Source: Octopus vulgaris (lineage: Eukaryota). Taken from it: a stretch of DNA of 64,000 nt. The translations under genes were made by a program, and so were the position numbers. Under the pieces are notes generated by a model, which searched no databases, was not told where the DNA came from, and saw only the letters and a program-made list of their open reading frames with translations. The stretch covers positions 15,562,001 through 15,626,000 of the forward strand of contig OX597819.1 in NCBI GenBank assembly GCA_951406725.2. The letters are read 5' to 3'. Shown here one piece after another: positions 49,256 through 63,313 of the stretch. How positions within the stretch are numbered: the stretch's first letter is position 1; every line of letters starts with the position of its first letter.

Positions 49256-52200
49256 CATACACACACACACACACACTTCTGATTATATTTGTATGTGTTT
49301 ACATGCACACACAGAAACACACACGCTTCCATATATACATGCATATGGTTATGTGGGCATAGATATGTGTAAGAGCATATAAATAAAATTTACACTCACA
49401 CACATATACATACAATCACAAACATAATATACACATGCGTATATAAGCGTGTGTGTGCACATACATGCACATGTAATATGGGTACAGATTCAATGAGGAA
49501 AACGTATCCACATATATATGCACACACAAGTATTTACATATACGCACGTATCAATATGATATGCACATATGCCTATATACTCACACACGTATATATATAC
49601 ACCCAAACGAATATACATTCCTGTACCTCATGCACACACAGCATGTGGGGAGTCGGATGGAGGTCAGATAACACAGAAATAGTTTATAATTGACAAAAAA
49701 AGGTTCATTAATTTACCTCTTCATTCTTTTTTTATCTATGTGTATAACTACAAATATATGTCTGTTGTATACATATATATATATAAGTCCCTCTCTCCCT
49801 CTATACACATATGTTTCAATTTAGAGATATATAACTATTAGCAACTTAATACAATAAAGTGTCCCCTGAAGATCTGTTGCAGTTGAGCCCTTGGAAAAGC
49901 TACTGAAGGGCTCCAACCGACCATAATGGTGAAATGTGCATACAAACTATTATATAAACTTGTGTTTATTCTTATTTCTCATACACACACATATTTCAAT
50001 CCCTGTGAGTGCACACATGTGTGTGTGTGTGTGTATATATTCAATGGTTAGGACCCCACATTGTGATGACACACAAATGCATGGGGAGAGACAGTGCAGG
50101 CATAGCTGTGTGCTGAACAAGCTCGCTTCAAAACCATGTAACTCTGGGTCCAATCCCAATCTGCATCACATCATCAACAAGTCTCTCTAGTCAGAGTAAG
50201 TCTAGGTGAGAAGAATTCGGAAGACAGGAAATATCCAAAAGTCCATCAAATATACATACATACATGTATCTGTATGCTTTTATACACTGTGTACCCATAT
50301 CAGTTTTAATTTAAAAGCCAAAGTCTTTTAAAAAACTCTAATTATCAGTGCTGTGCCAAAACGCTAAACATAGCAGTCCAATAAATTTAGATAAAGTAAG
50401 AACAAAATGATTGATATGATGAACTAAACCTTAGAAGGTGATACCCTAGAATGGCTGCAGTTCCATGACTGAAGCCACTAAAAGAATAGAACATATATGG
50501 TAGAGAATAGTCTTCCATACATTAGATAATATCTCAAGAGCCCCTAACACAATAAATGCACTCAGAACACCTTGCAAGAATAGTTGGTGATAATGAATAT
50601 AATACAGGCCAAAATTAAACTGTTAAATCAAGTTGCAGGGTACTCTTTCAAGAACGTAATATCTCCAATTAGGAACTGGCATGAGGTAAGAAATGGATTC
50701 ATAAGTCCTCTTCAGTTGGGCCAATGTCTCTAGTGCTGGTAGCATGATAAGACATATCTAAGACATACAGAACACCAAAGTTGGATCACTTTTTCTCAGT
50801 TACTATGCAAGTAAAATAAAATGGACCAAGATGACCCAGTCTATCCATGCCAGTATGGAAAAAACAGATGTAAAATAATGATGATATATGTTGTTGATCT
50901 CACTGACTAATGACTACAACTATTATTATTAATAATTACTACAGCTGCTATTAATACTATCTTCTCTAAATATACACATGGTGATCACTGATGTAATATG
51001 AAGAGAGAAGAGAAGAATATGGACCTAGCTGTGTATTCTTGTGGGTTCCATAAGATTAAATTTAAAGATTCTTCATTACTGAAGGAAAATAATAACGAGA
51101 AACTATTTCACTGACATCAGTTAATTAGCAGCAAATACATATAGTAAACAGATAAATGATAATAATAATTAGTATTAGTTGTTATATGTATTTGGGAATT
51201 CACATTTACCAAGGCACAAGAAACGAGAAGTTAAGACACTGGTGCTTTTCTCAAAGCAATGTAAATGAAGGAATTCTAAAACTAAATCCTAGTTTTAACA
51301 TAAACTTACTGCTGTAACACGGCACCCACCACCACTAATAATAATAATAACAATAATAATAATAATAATAATAATAATAAGCTTTGCACGTGGAAAAAAA
51401 ACATGTAAAAAACAAATAACACAAAAAAAAAAATCAGTATAGAAAACAAAGTAAATGAGAAGAAAGCTAATAGCACTGGTAAGAAGGATTGCAGTGAAAA
51501 GATCTTCTCAAAAGGATGTTAACAGCAAAAATGGAGGCAGCAGTGGGAGCAGCAGTAAACATCGGAAGTTTCAGTAACAAAAACAAAACAAAAAAATAGA
51601 AAAACGTAAGCATAAACAAACATAATGTCAAGGATACCCACCTCAGCAACAAACCCCCTTTTGTAAGGGTTAAGCACAGCAGTATAAACAAGCTACTAAA
51701 ACAAAAACACTACACATCTTTGTAGGTTAACACGGGAGAACATGAAATCAAGGGCTTAGCATGTATCAGTCTACAAACAAAACAAACATGACCAGCAGTG
51801 GTAGGGGGCCAATGAATTAATAACCATTTTACAGAAGTCTTTCTAAGAGTATAAAAGAGATTTTAGGTTTTTTGCAATAAATTATAACTTCTCTGTGAAA
51901 TTAGAGTAAATTTAACAATAGTTATAAAAATGTATTTTGAAATTTGCAAATTAATTGACATGGAGAAAAAAGTTAGACGTAAAGGATGTGCTTGTGTTTG
52001 TAATGTATTTCTAGTACCCCTCTTTTGTTAGTGCTCCTCCTTTGGTTTGTTATTGATTAAACCACCCCCTGGTCAAAGCTCATGAAATAGACATATGATC
52101 AAAGATACTATGGCCATGGTTATCCTGTTACAGTGTATGAAGAACTACGTTCTTGAAAGTGTCCTTCCTTTTGGGGATCTGTCTTGCTATTTCCAGCAGA

Positions 52201-54875
52201 TCATATGAATATATAAAGGTTCCTCATTGAAGCCTCCAGGTGAAGAGAAAGCACTCAGTTTCACAGGTGTTCATTATGTGATCGGTTAATAACCAGCAGC
52301 TGTGTGTGGCATATGAGTGTAGAATCTTCTGACACTGTCGACTCCCAGCAGCCTTGAGTCAGCTGGATTAGGGCTCACCTGAGGTTCAACACCAACATCA
52401 GTCACTTATATTTCATCAATCAGTAGATATAGGTTACAAAGAAGACAAGCTACCAGAGTCTGACAAGTTCTAGACAGACACTATCACCCAACCCTGGCAG
52501 TGACACTTGAGACAAATCTATGAATCATTTTAAGCTTCCCTGCCTAATTACAACAAGGCTTTGGAAACAGACTATATTGTTGCCAGCCAACATCTAACAA
52601 CTAGTGAAACAATCTTGTATGGAGAAATGTTCCCTCTCTAGAATTGTTTATAAGAAAATTTCTTTTAGATGAAGATATAGTTGTTGATTTAGCATACAGC
52701 CAGAGGTGAAAGAAATTTGTGATGGTCTGCATTGGTGAAACACATTTGGTAAAGTTTAGCAAATTAGAAAATGTATGTATGTAGGTGGGAAGAGAAGATC
52801 ACAGAGATTTCAAGCCAAGCCCTTCTTGGAAATAACTTTTAAAATGTATATGATCAGTACTAAAGCTTTTATGATCAATCCTAAAACATGTGATCAGCAC
52901 TAAATTATATATGATCAGTACTAAAATTATATATGATCAGGACTACCATAAATATTTTTAAAGAATGCTTTCACTCTCTCTGGTAAAGGTTTGTGTTTTT
53001 TCTCAAGTCATTGTATAATTATCTTCCTATGGCATCAAATTTGGAATTCAAGATATATATATCAGCCAGCATAACACTTTCCAAGACCAAATTTGTAGGT
53101 AGAGGTTTTACAGGCAAAATCTCTTATTAGTAACAATGCTAAATTTAAATGAGGATATCAACTGTAGTTAGTGAACAATTAAACGATAGTGCCATTATTC
53201 ACAGTCACCAAATATTGGTTACAAACAATTGTTTCAAGCCCAAAGAAATAAAACATTCAGAAAAAAGCATTTATTGCAAGAGTAAAAAAAAGGTGCATAA
53301 GAAGATGAAGAAGAGTGAGAATAAAAAAGAAAAAAAGATTTAAGAAGGTAAAAAATAGGAAAAAGAAGCATTTTTGAAGAAAAGCAAGTTGCCATGACAA
53401 CATCTAAATCTACAAATTTCTTCTAAGGCTAAAACACCAAACAACACAAGCAAAACATTGAAAATATTTCTGAGTGTAGAATTTATATATATAATGCATG
53501 AGGCATAACATGTTCATACTGTGGAAAGTAGACATTGATGTAGTGATGTGTGACTGCCAGTAACTGTTGACAGGAAACGTTTGATGCTGGTTTAAAATTT
53601 ATTGCTCAACTCTAATAGCTTTCAGGTTCCTGACACTTCTTCAGACTTAGCAGGCTCCTAGTTACCCCGACACAGAATAAACTATTGCATAGGGCACTGC
53701 ATTCAGAATAGCACATCTGACTGCTCCAAATACACATGGACAACAGCTTCGTAATGACCCCAGGCCATAGAGATCCATGATGCCCTCAATGCCCTGCCTA
53801 ACAAGCTTGATATCAACTTTCCAACAATGAGAGGTTCCCTATCCCTAAGCCCGCACGACTTCACCACATGTTTCCCTACAAGGTGAGCCAAAATCCAGTT
53901 GTACAAGAAAGAACTGAAGGACATCTTTCTCAACATACCCCACAGCCACAAAGACTGAAATACGTTGACGCAAACCACAAACTTTCTTGCTTCATGAATA
54001 GGTGTAGGTAAACCCTGTATATGTTGTTTCCCTACAGAGGGAAGCCCCATACAGTAAAAAAAAACTTCAAAGGAGATACTGCCTATTAGGGACCATGTTT
54101 TGTTAAATAAATGTCCACCAAAAGAGAAAGACAAATAAACAAACAACACGACACTGGTTTCAGACTAGCTTACAGTGGCAGAAATAATAACAGAGGAAAT
54201 GGCAGAGTCAGAAAGGATACAAAGACAAAGAAATTGGATTTACATCATTTTGCTGCCATATAATTGTGAAGAGATGGAAAACCAATGAAGGAGTGTCCAA
54301 AGAAGTTGATGCCCATGTCCAGAATAACTGCCTTTGACTATTTGCTAAGAGAATATTTGTCATCTGTCACAACAACATAGAAGAAACAAGCCATCTAAGC
54401 ATCTGATCACTATGTTCAAAAACCCAATACTGTCGATAGGTTGACTTGTTCAATGTAGGGCACAACCCCCATCTCTTCCTAACTCCTCCCATAGAACCAC
54501 ATTCCCACTTGGCCCCCTAAACTCCTTTTTCGTTCTTTCCCACCACCTTGCCACATTCTCTATTTTTACCCCCATTCTTTCTTATTTCTCTTTTTTTCCT
54601 GATGAACGATGAGTATCCAAAAAGTCAAGACACCCTTCCTTTCAAGCATTAAATGCATTTGTTGAAACTTGTCTCAAGGATGGTACAAATGGCAGTTTGT
54701 ATCATCAGTGCAGAATTGCAACACTGACTACATAAGTGCAATATTTCAGTGCAATGTAATAAGTCAGAACTATATAGAAACAAAGGAGTTAGCCAGACAC
54801 ACAGAGGTTATAAAACTCCAGCTGCAGAGACCCACTTTATGACTCCATCTTAAACTAGACACTTGTTAGTATATA

Positions 54876-55406
54876 TGAGGGTGAGTCAAATAGGACAAGT
54901 ATAATTACCAACACAGGAACATGTATCATACATGAAAATGAAGCTGGTCCTCTGTGGATCACATCTCTTCTTCTCAACATAGTCACCGTTTCTCTCAGTA
55001 GCAATGTTCCACCTTCGAATGAGAGCATGTATCCCTGCCCAGTAAAATCCTGTTGACTGTTCTTTGAGCCATTTCTTCACTACAGTTTTCAGTTCCTCAT
55101 CACTGGACTATCATCTCTTCAGTGCCACGAAAGAGGGTTTGAGAGGCAAGCATTATTCCAGTGATGAGGAAGTGAAAACTGTAGTGAAGAAGTGGCTCAA
55201 AGAACAGTCAACAGAATTTTACGGGGCAGGGATACATGCTCCCATTCGAAGGTGGAACATTGCCATTGAGAGAAACAGTAACTATGTTGAGAAGAAAGGA
55301 TGTGATCCACAGAAGACCAGTTTCATTTTGATGTATAATACATGTTCCTGTGTTGGTAATTATACGTGTCCAAAACAAAATGGCATTACTTTTTGACTCA
55401 CCCTCG
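54876..55406. mobile_element. Mariner-derived fold-back MITE made of two inverted transposase 3' ends
   Basis: TA|TGAGGGTGAGTCAAA...TTTGACTCACCCTCG|TA. DYHLF...LRGKHYSSDEEVK...GIHAxIRRW...NGDYVEK is a mariner C-terminus and is present on both strands. Confidence 0.9.
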
Positions 55407-56813
55407 TATCATTTCCAAACTATAAAAAGGTATTTATTCTGGTATTCCCCATCCCCAATTTAGCAATTTATTTATGAGAACAAAATTAAAACCAGCTGAT
55501 GAAGGGTTTTAAACAAAAGCCCTTATAGTTGCATTGAAAATAATCTTAAACCAACAAAAATAGATTCCAGTTAACAGTTGTTGGCATTTTATTGTTTTTT
55601 TTACTAGTCTGTGGTCAGTCACATAAATTACACACACACATAAATATACACACACAGACACACATATATACATAAGTGTTTGTGTGTGCATGTGCATGTA
55701 TATATGTATGTATGTATATTCATAACAGCAAAGAAAGGTGATGCTAAGTAAGCAATAATTTAGAACAGAAACATATTTTAAAAGAAACTAAATTATTTTC
55801 TAAGCATCAATATTTGTCTTGGATAATAATGGAGAGAGAGCTTTGAGGGACTTCCTTAACTGCAATAGCAACTATTTGGAAATATGATTAAACAAAGAAA
55901 ACAGAAGACTATTTGTCTCTCTCTAATAGTGAGTTATAAGTGAGGGGGAACTTGAGAGAACAATATTAAAGTGATGGACATAGACAAGAGAATACTGGCA
56001 AAACAAGCAAAAATACTACACATGCATCATCATCATCATTATTATTATCATTATTTCTAATACAGAGAAGGAAAAGTCAGTTAAAATTACTACAGTATTT
56101 TACTGGTAATTATTCTGTTAACGATGAAATGTGAAGTCGACTTTGGCAGGATTTGAACTCAGAATGTAAGAAAATACTGTATGGCATTTTTGGAGTTTTT
56201 TTTTTTTTTTTTGCGCCCCCAAGATTTGGTTTTTATAGGGGAGGAAAAAGGAATTGATACAACATCCTTACCTTTCAAAAAGGCGTTTAATGTTGTGGAT
56301 AAAATGAATTTTATTTTATTGACATCAAAAAGATGGAAAATAAAAAAAATATAAATAAAATCCCTGGTAGGATTTGAACACAGAACACAAAGCACAGCAG
56401 GATATAAAAGCCACATAAATACTCCACCAATGCTGAGAAGCCAATATGATTTTTGATAAAATGATAGCATTAATAATTGCTCAGTTCAGTAGAAGAGTCA
56501 CTAATCTATAAAAGAGAGAATGTGGATAGAGGGGAGAAGAGGAATCACCTGAATCAAACGCCAGATATTTTGCTGTTGTTTATTTCATCCATCATGTGAA
56601 AGTGGACCTTAGCAGTATTTGAACTTAGAATGGAAAGGGACAAGAGTAATTAGTGAAAAGAATAATGAGGAGGAGGAGGAGGATGATAATGATAACCTCT
56701 AAAATTAGTGAAACCACATTTTTTTTTTCTTTTGTTGGTGGGGTGGGGTACAATTAACTCCAGTGGTATTTTATTTCATTGGCCCCTGGAAGGATAAAAG
56801 GCAATATCAATAC

Positions 56814-57045
56814 TTATTTCTTTATTACCCACAAGGGGCTAAACACAGAGGGGACAAACAAGGACAGACATAGGTATTAAGTCGATTACATCGACCCCAA
56901 TGCGTAACTGGTACTTAATTTATCGACCCCGAAAGGATGAAAGGCAAAGTCGACCTTGGCGGAATTTGAACTCACAACGTAACGCAGACGAAATACCGCT
57001 AAGCATTTCGCCCGGCATGCTAACGTTTCTGCCAGCTCGCCGCCT
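56814..57045 (-). mobile_element. SINE family 2, probably recent
   Basis: Near-identical to the 45412-45641 copy; flanked by direct repeat AGGCAATATCAATACT (about 56799-56814 and 57047-57062). Confidence 0.9.
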
Positions 57046-57594
57046 TAGGCAATATCAATACTGATTTCAAACACAGACATAGGGTCAAATTTGAATGGGG
57101 AGGATAAAATAGGTTAGAATGACACCCCATAATGATAATATTTATAATGAGATTAATATTTATAGAGAAACGCAGGGAAAGTGAAGAAAAGATGATGAGC
57201 GTTACTTGACAAGGGACAGGAGACTGTGCAAAATGGACATATGGTTAAGTTTACATTAATATTAATCCAAGATAATTTAGTTCTAATATTTGTTCAATGC
57301 CAGTTTATTTGACAGTGTACAGAGTTTCTGAGAGGGATGTGGGCGAGAACATGGGTAGAAAATATTGTTGATCAGAAATGTACAGGTGAAAAACCAGGTA
57401 AATTGACACAATAAATAATCCACAAAGAATGGACAGCACCTAAGCAACTGAATATCAAAGTAGTCTGAATTTACTTTAATTTCAGTTGCAGTGTACTAAG
57501 TGACCTCTATTTAAACTTACAGGGAAATGAGGACAGAGAAAGAGGGTGGGGTTAACAGTAGCAAGAGAAGGATTTGTAGGAAAAGTCATTGGTG

Positions 57595-57882
57595 ATATAA
57601 ACAATATGAGAGACCACTAAGTGGATCCCTCGTATGCTAAAAATAGATGTCAAACCGTCACAAAATCTGTGTTCTCAAATTAGCAAGACACTAATTTTCA
57701 TGAGCTACACAAATGAAAAGAAAAAGAAATAAACAGTACTGTGTTTATTTCTTTTCATTTGTCTAACTCGTAAATATCTAGCGTCTTGCTAATTTGAGAA
57801 CACAGATTTCGTGGTAAGACAGTTTGACACCTATTTTTAGCATACAAGGGATCCACTTAGTGGTCTCTCATATTGTTTATAT
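57595..57882. repeat. Imperfect palindrome (about 140-bp arms), fold-back element
   Basis: ATATAAACAATATGAGAGACCACTAAGTGGATCCC... mirrored at the right end; centre ACAGTACTGT. Related fragment at about 40110-40290. Confidence 0.9.
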
Positions 57883-58597
57883 TTAAATAGAATTCATGGT
57901 CCTTGGACGTTTTTTTTAAAGTATGCTGACCACTGGTTGAAATTGATATTATTTAATATTTAATAATATTAATTTCTACTCTTATCATTGGTGTTTTATA
58001 TATAGGTTATACCTAAAAGAAATATAAGACAAAATAATTGCACATAACACACGAAGAAAACTATTAATCATCATCATTATCCTGATCTATATCATCACCA
58101 TCATTATAATCATCATCGCGATTAACAGTTTCCTGTATGTTGTAGAGTATTGGCTCTACAATATCAGAATTGATATCAAATAGGACTGGACATTGGTACA
58201 GATATATACATATATATATATATGGTGTATATGGCTAAATAATAGTGATGGTGATATGAACATGTGATGGTTGTATGGAGATGTGAGGATGACGATGACA
58301 CGTAATACGTTCTGTATTACAGTTAAAGTGAGGGTGTGATAGCAATGGTTGATAGCTACAGTAGAGGTAGGTGATGACGCTGGTATGGATATGTGATGGT
58401 TGTGGATGATGGACAGAGCAGCAGTAAGTGATTGTATTATAGATATGTGACATGAACTACATGATGACAGTGGAGCATGATTATCTGATGATAGCTACAA
58501 AAATGGTCAAGCTGATATTATTGAGAACGATATAAAATGAGCCAAGAGTAAAACACTACAAGTTTGAATCAACAATTCTGTATATGTGTGTGTGTAT

Positions 58598-58639
<42 letters not shown>

Positions 58640-58830
58640 CTACAATAACGACAACATGAATTTCTTTAATCTTCCTGCTCTGTTAAAATATTTACGAAAA
58701 ATTATATTAGTGTGTCCTACTTGTTAAAATTCCATTTATTTATTTGTGCAGCTGAAGATAGCACTGCATTTAAATTGATGTAATGATTGCATTGTTCAAT
58801 TAAATGTAGCTACTTGAAATGGTCATACTG

Positions 58831-58960
58831 CATACATATATATATACACATATACATACATATATATATATATACATATATATACACATATATATATACA
58901 TATATATACACATATATATATACATATATGTATATATACATATATATATACACATATATA

Positions 58961-58998
<38 letters not shown>

Positions 58999-59220
58999 CA
59001 TATAAATGTATATATATGTACATATATATATACATATATATATGTATATATATATATACATATATATATACATATATATATACACATATATATATACACA
59101 TATATATATACATATATATATGTACATATATATATACATATATATGTATATATATATGTATATATATATGTACATATATATGTATATATATGTACATATA
59201 TATGTATATATATATGTATA

Positions 59221-59251
<31 letters not shown>

Positions 59252-59317
59252 GTACATATATATATGTACATATATATATATATATATATGTACATATATA
59301 TATACATATATATGTAC

Positions 59318-59368
<51 letters not shown>

Positions 59369-59567
59369 CATATATATGTACATATATATATACATATATA
59401 TGTACATATATATGTATATATATATATATACATATATATGTACATATATATATATATATACAATACATATATATGTAAATATATATATATATATATATAT
59501 ATGTACATATATATATATATATACATATATATGTACATATATATATATATATATATATACATATATA

Positions 59568-59605
<38 letters not shown>

Positions 59606-60061
59606 TATGTATATATATATACATATATATGTACATATATATATATATATACATATATATGTACATATATATATATATATATATATACATATATATGTAC
59701 ATATATATATACATATATATATATACATATATATGTACATATATATATACATATATATGTATATATATATATATATATACATATATATGTACATATATAT
59801 ATATATATATATTACATATATATATATATATATATATACATATATATGTACATATATATATACATATATATGTACATATATATATATATATATATACATA
59901 TATATGTACATATATATATACATATATATGTACATATATATATATATATATACATATATATGTACATATATATATACATATATATGTACTATATATATAT
60001 ATATATATACATATATATGTACATATATATATACATATATATGTACATATATATATATATA

Positions 60062-60135
<74 letters not shown>

Positions 60136-60241
60136 TACATATATATGTACATATATATATACATATATATGTACATATATATATACATATATATGTACAT
60201 ATATATATACATATATATGTACATATATATATACATATATA

Positions 60242-60292
<51 letters not shown>
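58831..60292. repeat. Compound (TA)n/TACA/TGTA microsatellite, about 1.46 kb
   Basis: Alternating purine-pyrimidine sequence with a recurring CATATATATGTACATATATATATA unit. Confidence 0.98.
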
Positions 60293-60294
<2 letters not shown>

Positions 60295-61083
60295 GGCAGG
60301 ATATGTCTTAACTGCAAAACTACGGGAGTGGATAATCACAATAGATTTCCTATGAAATTCTAGGACCATGAGTTACATTTGCTGCCTCCCAGCTAACATT
60401 TATATATATAAGGGTCTCCCAGACAGTAACACACTTTTTTATGCAGGCAAAAAGAAAAAATAACGAATCCACACAACTCAGATTAGCTACATACGTGTTT
60501 CGAGATTATAGTAAAGTTATATTTACTTACTTATTTCTCATCTTCTGAGCAGCATTTCGAAATATAAATTTGAGAGTGTTGGAATTAAATATGTACGTGA
60601 TCAAGCGCCATTGCATAACCAATATTCAACCAACACTTCCAAAAATATACAGCCGAATGTGAACACATATTTATCCTCAACACCCACGTGTGTGTTACGA
60701 GCAAGATCTGGGAGGTCTTTATGGTAGTAGAAAAGGCATTTAACTCCTATTTCTAAATTCGGTGCGTGGTGAAGCAATTAGCTGACCCCTGATTATAATT
60801 AGGTTTATAATTATAGAATATTTGTATAATTTTACCTAAAAAGATTATTTTAACGTACTGAACTACTTGGTAAAATTATTGATTAATTTTACTCTTTTAT
60901 TATAATGGAAATATATATACACATATATACAAAGTAAGATAGGGGTTATGGGTGTAACCCACTATGGGATAATATTTATCCAATATACTGTTGGTAAAGT
61001 ACCCAGATTCTTAATACATAAATGTTTTTAATTGCAATGCAATTAACTCATTTATTGTATTAAACGGGTGAAGGTAAAGAAAT

Positions 61084-61157
<74 letters not shown>

Positions 61158-63039
61158 GTATATATAAAAGTATTTAATTAGACAGTCACCTACATAATTA
61201 TTTGTTGGTAAACTTCATGTCATCTCCTGTTTCTTCTAGCCCCAATGAATGCGTAGCAATGAAATTATCTGAAAGCCATTCAATGTCAGAGGTATTCGGT
61301 ACCATTGCAAACACAACGGCAGTGGCAACAACTACAACATTACTATCAGAACATACTTCAAAAGACATTCTGTTTTATCGGTCTCTGATAATTAATCAAG
61401 TTGCTCAGAAGACCTCAACAACAGATATATATGATAAAAGATAACAAGTACCTGTATAGTCTCTCTCTCTCTCTCTCTCTCTCATACACACATGATGAAG
61501 TCAAACCAAATAGTGATATTTTGAAATCATTTAATGCACATATTTCAGGCCTATGTAATATATAATAGGAAATGCATCCATTACATAAGACCTTCAGTTA
61601 AAACATTTCAATATATATATATATATAAATGAATAGTTACTTTATGTTGAATGAATGAGAAAGGAGTGTACATATTGTAGAAGTTGTGGCTTTTTTTTTT
61701 ATTGAAAATGAAACAAAGTTTTCTTGCAACTTGGGTTTCACACCTGAGGATTGCCATGGCATGAAACTTGAGCTGGAGACAAACTCTAGCTTCACTTTCA
61801 ATAAAAAAAAAACTATATATATATATATAAACTCATACACACACTCAAACAGCTTATTATGAGAGGTGTAGCAAATATTCATTACATAGATAATTAAAAT
61901 ATAGCAAAAAAAAGTCATAATGGTTGGCTTATTATTGTTGTACTAGTTTAGTCCTAGGTTGGAGAGTCCATATCTAGCAGAGCTATGATCAAAGATGTAC
62001 CATGAACAGCAGATTTCTTTTACATGGAAATTTGTTTCTAAGTCAACATTATATGATTTATCTTCAATGTTGCTGTTGTTTAGCTCCAGGCCAGTCCTTA
62101 TAAAACAGACTTATAATCAGTATTCCAGGCATGACCATCCAATCTATCTATCTCCACTGAAGACAGTGGAGTGTGATTAGAAGTAGATTTGGCTGGTATT
62201 TCTAGCACATCAAACAGTCACATAATGGCTCCTTCATTGATTCATAATAATGGCTTCTTATCTGAGCAATAATCCTGAAGTATTATGAATCCACTGCTGA
62301 GACAATCGTATCTCTTTCCAACGTATATAGCAAAGCAATGACAGAAGGCAATATTAACACCCTTACCATCTACAGCCAAGTCACACACATTTTCTTGTTA
62401 ACTAACAGTTAACATAAGCCAACAAGGGAGCCTCTATGTGATTGCTTGACCTGTTAGAAATAGCAACCAAATTCCCTCACTCACACTAACCATCTTAAAG
62501 AAAGGACACATTGGACTTGAACAATAAGCCTAGGTACACAACAGACAGGATGGCCATGGATGGAAAACACTTTTGATAATATCTGCTCAATCAACACTGC
62601 TCTGGCTGCAAATCAAAAGGCAGGGGTTAATTTCATGGCATTTATGAACAACAACTGATAACTCTTTGGAATATGATCAAATCCAGTATTTGAAAGGGAA
62701 TAAGGTATTAATATTCGACTGAATGAGATTGCTCCCTCCACCCCAGTATATCACTGCTATTTCTTTTCTTTTTCTTTTTTTTTTTTTTTCATAGGAAGAA
62801 AAAATGAAATGTAAAAGCCCAGCCTCAAAGGGATTTGAACTGAGAATCTGGAGGGATAGAACTATTGATTTGAAAGGTTTTGAAGTGAATTGGGTTAATG
62901 GGGATAGGGCTGCAAACAGTGTGAGGAGAATCAACAAGAAAGACGACAACAACAACAACAACGACAGTAGCTGGTCAATTTGGTGCCACCCATCAGGTGA
63001 TACCCGAAATAACAGACAAGACAAAGCTTTAGCAATATC

Positions 63040-63220
63040 AACAAGCTGGCCGCTCGACCTGCTAGAAAAAGCAGCTAAATCTCCCTCAAACTTCACCCTA
63101 CCACCTTAAATGAGGAAGGACACATTAGATAATGTAGTCCTGCATACCTCTGAAAATATGGGATGTTCACGGTTAAGATACCATTTGATCAAAAGTCGGC
63201 TTGATTGGGAACTGAACAGA
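63040..63220 (+). mobile_element. Older dispersed repeat family (GCTAGAAATAGCAGCCAAAT...GGATGGTCATGGCTGG...)
   Basis: Diverged copies at about 5280-5475, 8545-8715, 15340-15500, 43850-44050, 62430-62610 and 63830-64000; class not determined. Confidence 0.65.
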
Positions 63221-63282
63221 AATACTTTCATTTACTTACTATGAGAGGCTTGTACAGCCTAATGTTGCAAGTAGTAGACACC

Positions 63283-63313
<31 letters not shown>

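Noticed and set aside
49012-49276. N-terminal part of the 446-aa ORF
   Set aside because: Microsatellite-derived intron sequence upstream of a clear acceptor at 49012-49013; not the start of the gene.
55493-55540. CTGATGA followed by the hairpin AAGGGTTTT/AAAGCCCTT (and CTGAAGA plus hairpin at about 49865-49935)
   Set aside because: No GAAA directly after the stem and no credible stem I or cleavage triplet, so not called as hammerheads.
58787-60369. Long ORFs of 200-500 aa rich in Y/I/M/H
   Set aside because: Translations of a (TA)n microsatellite that lacks stop codons.
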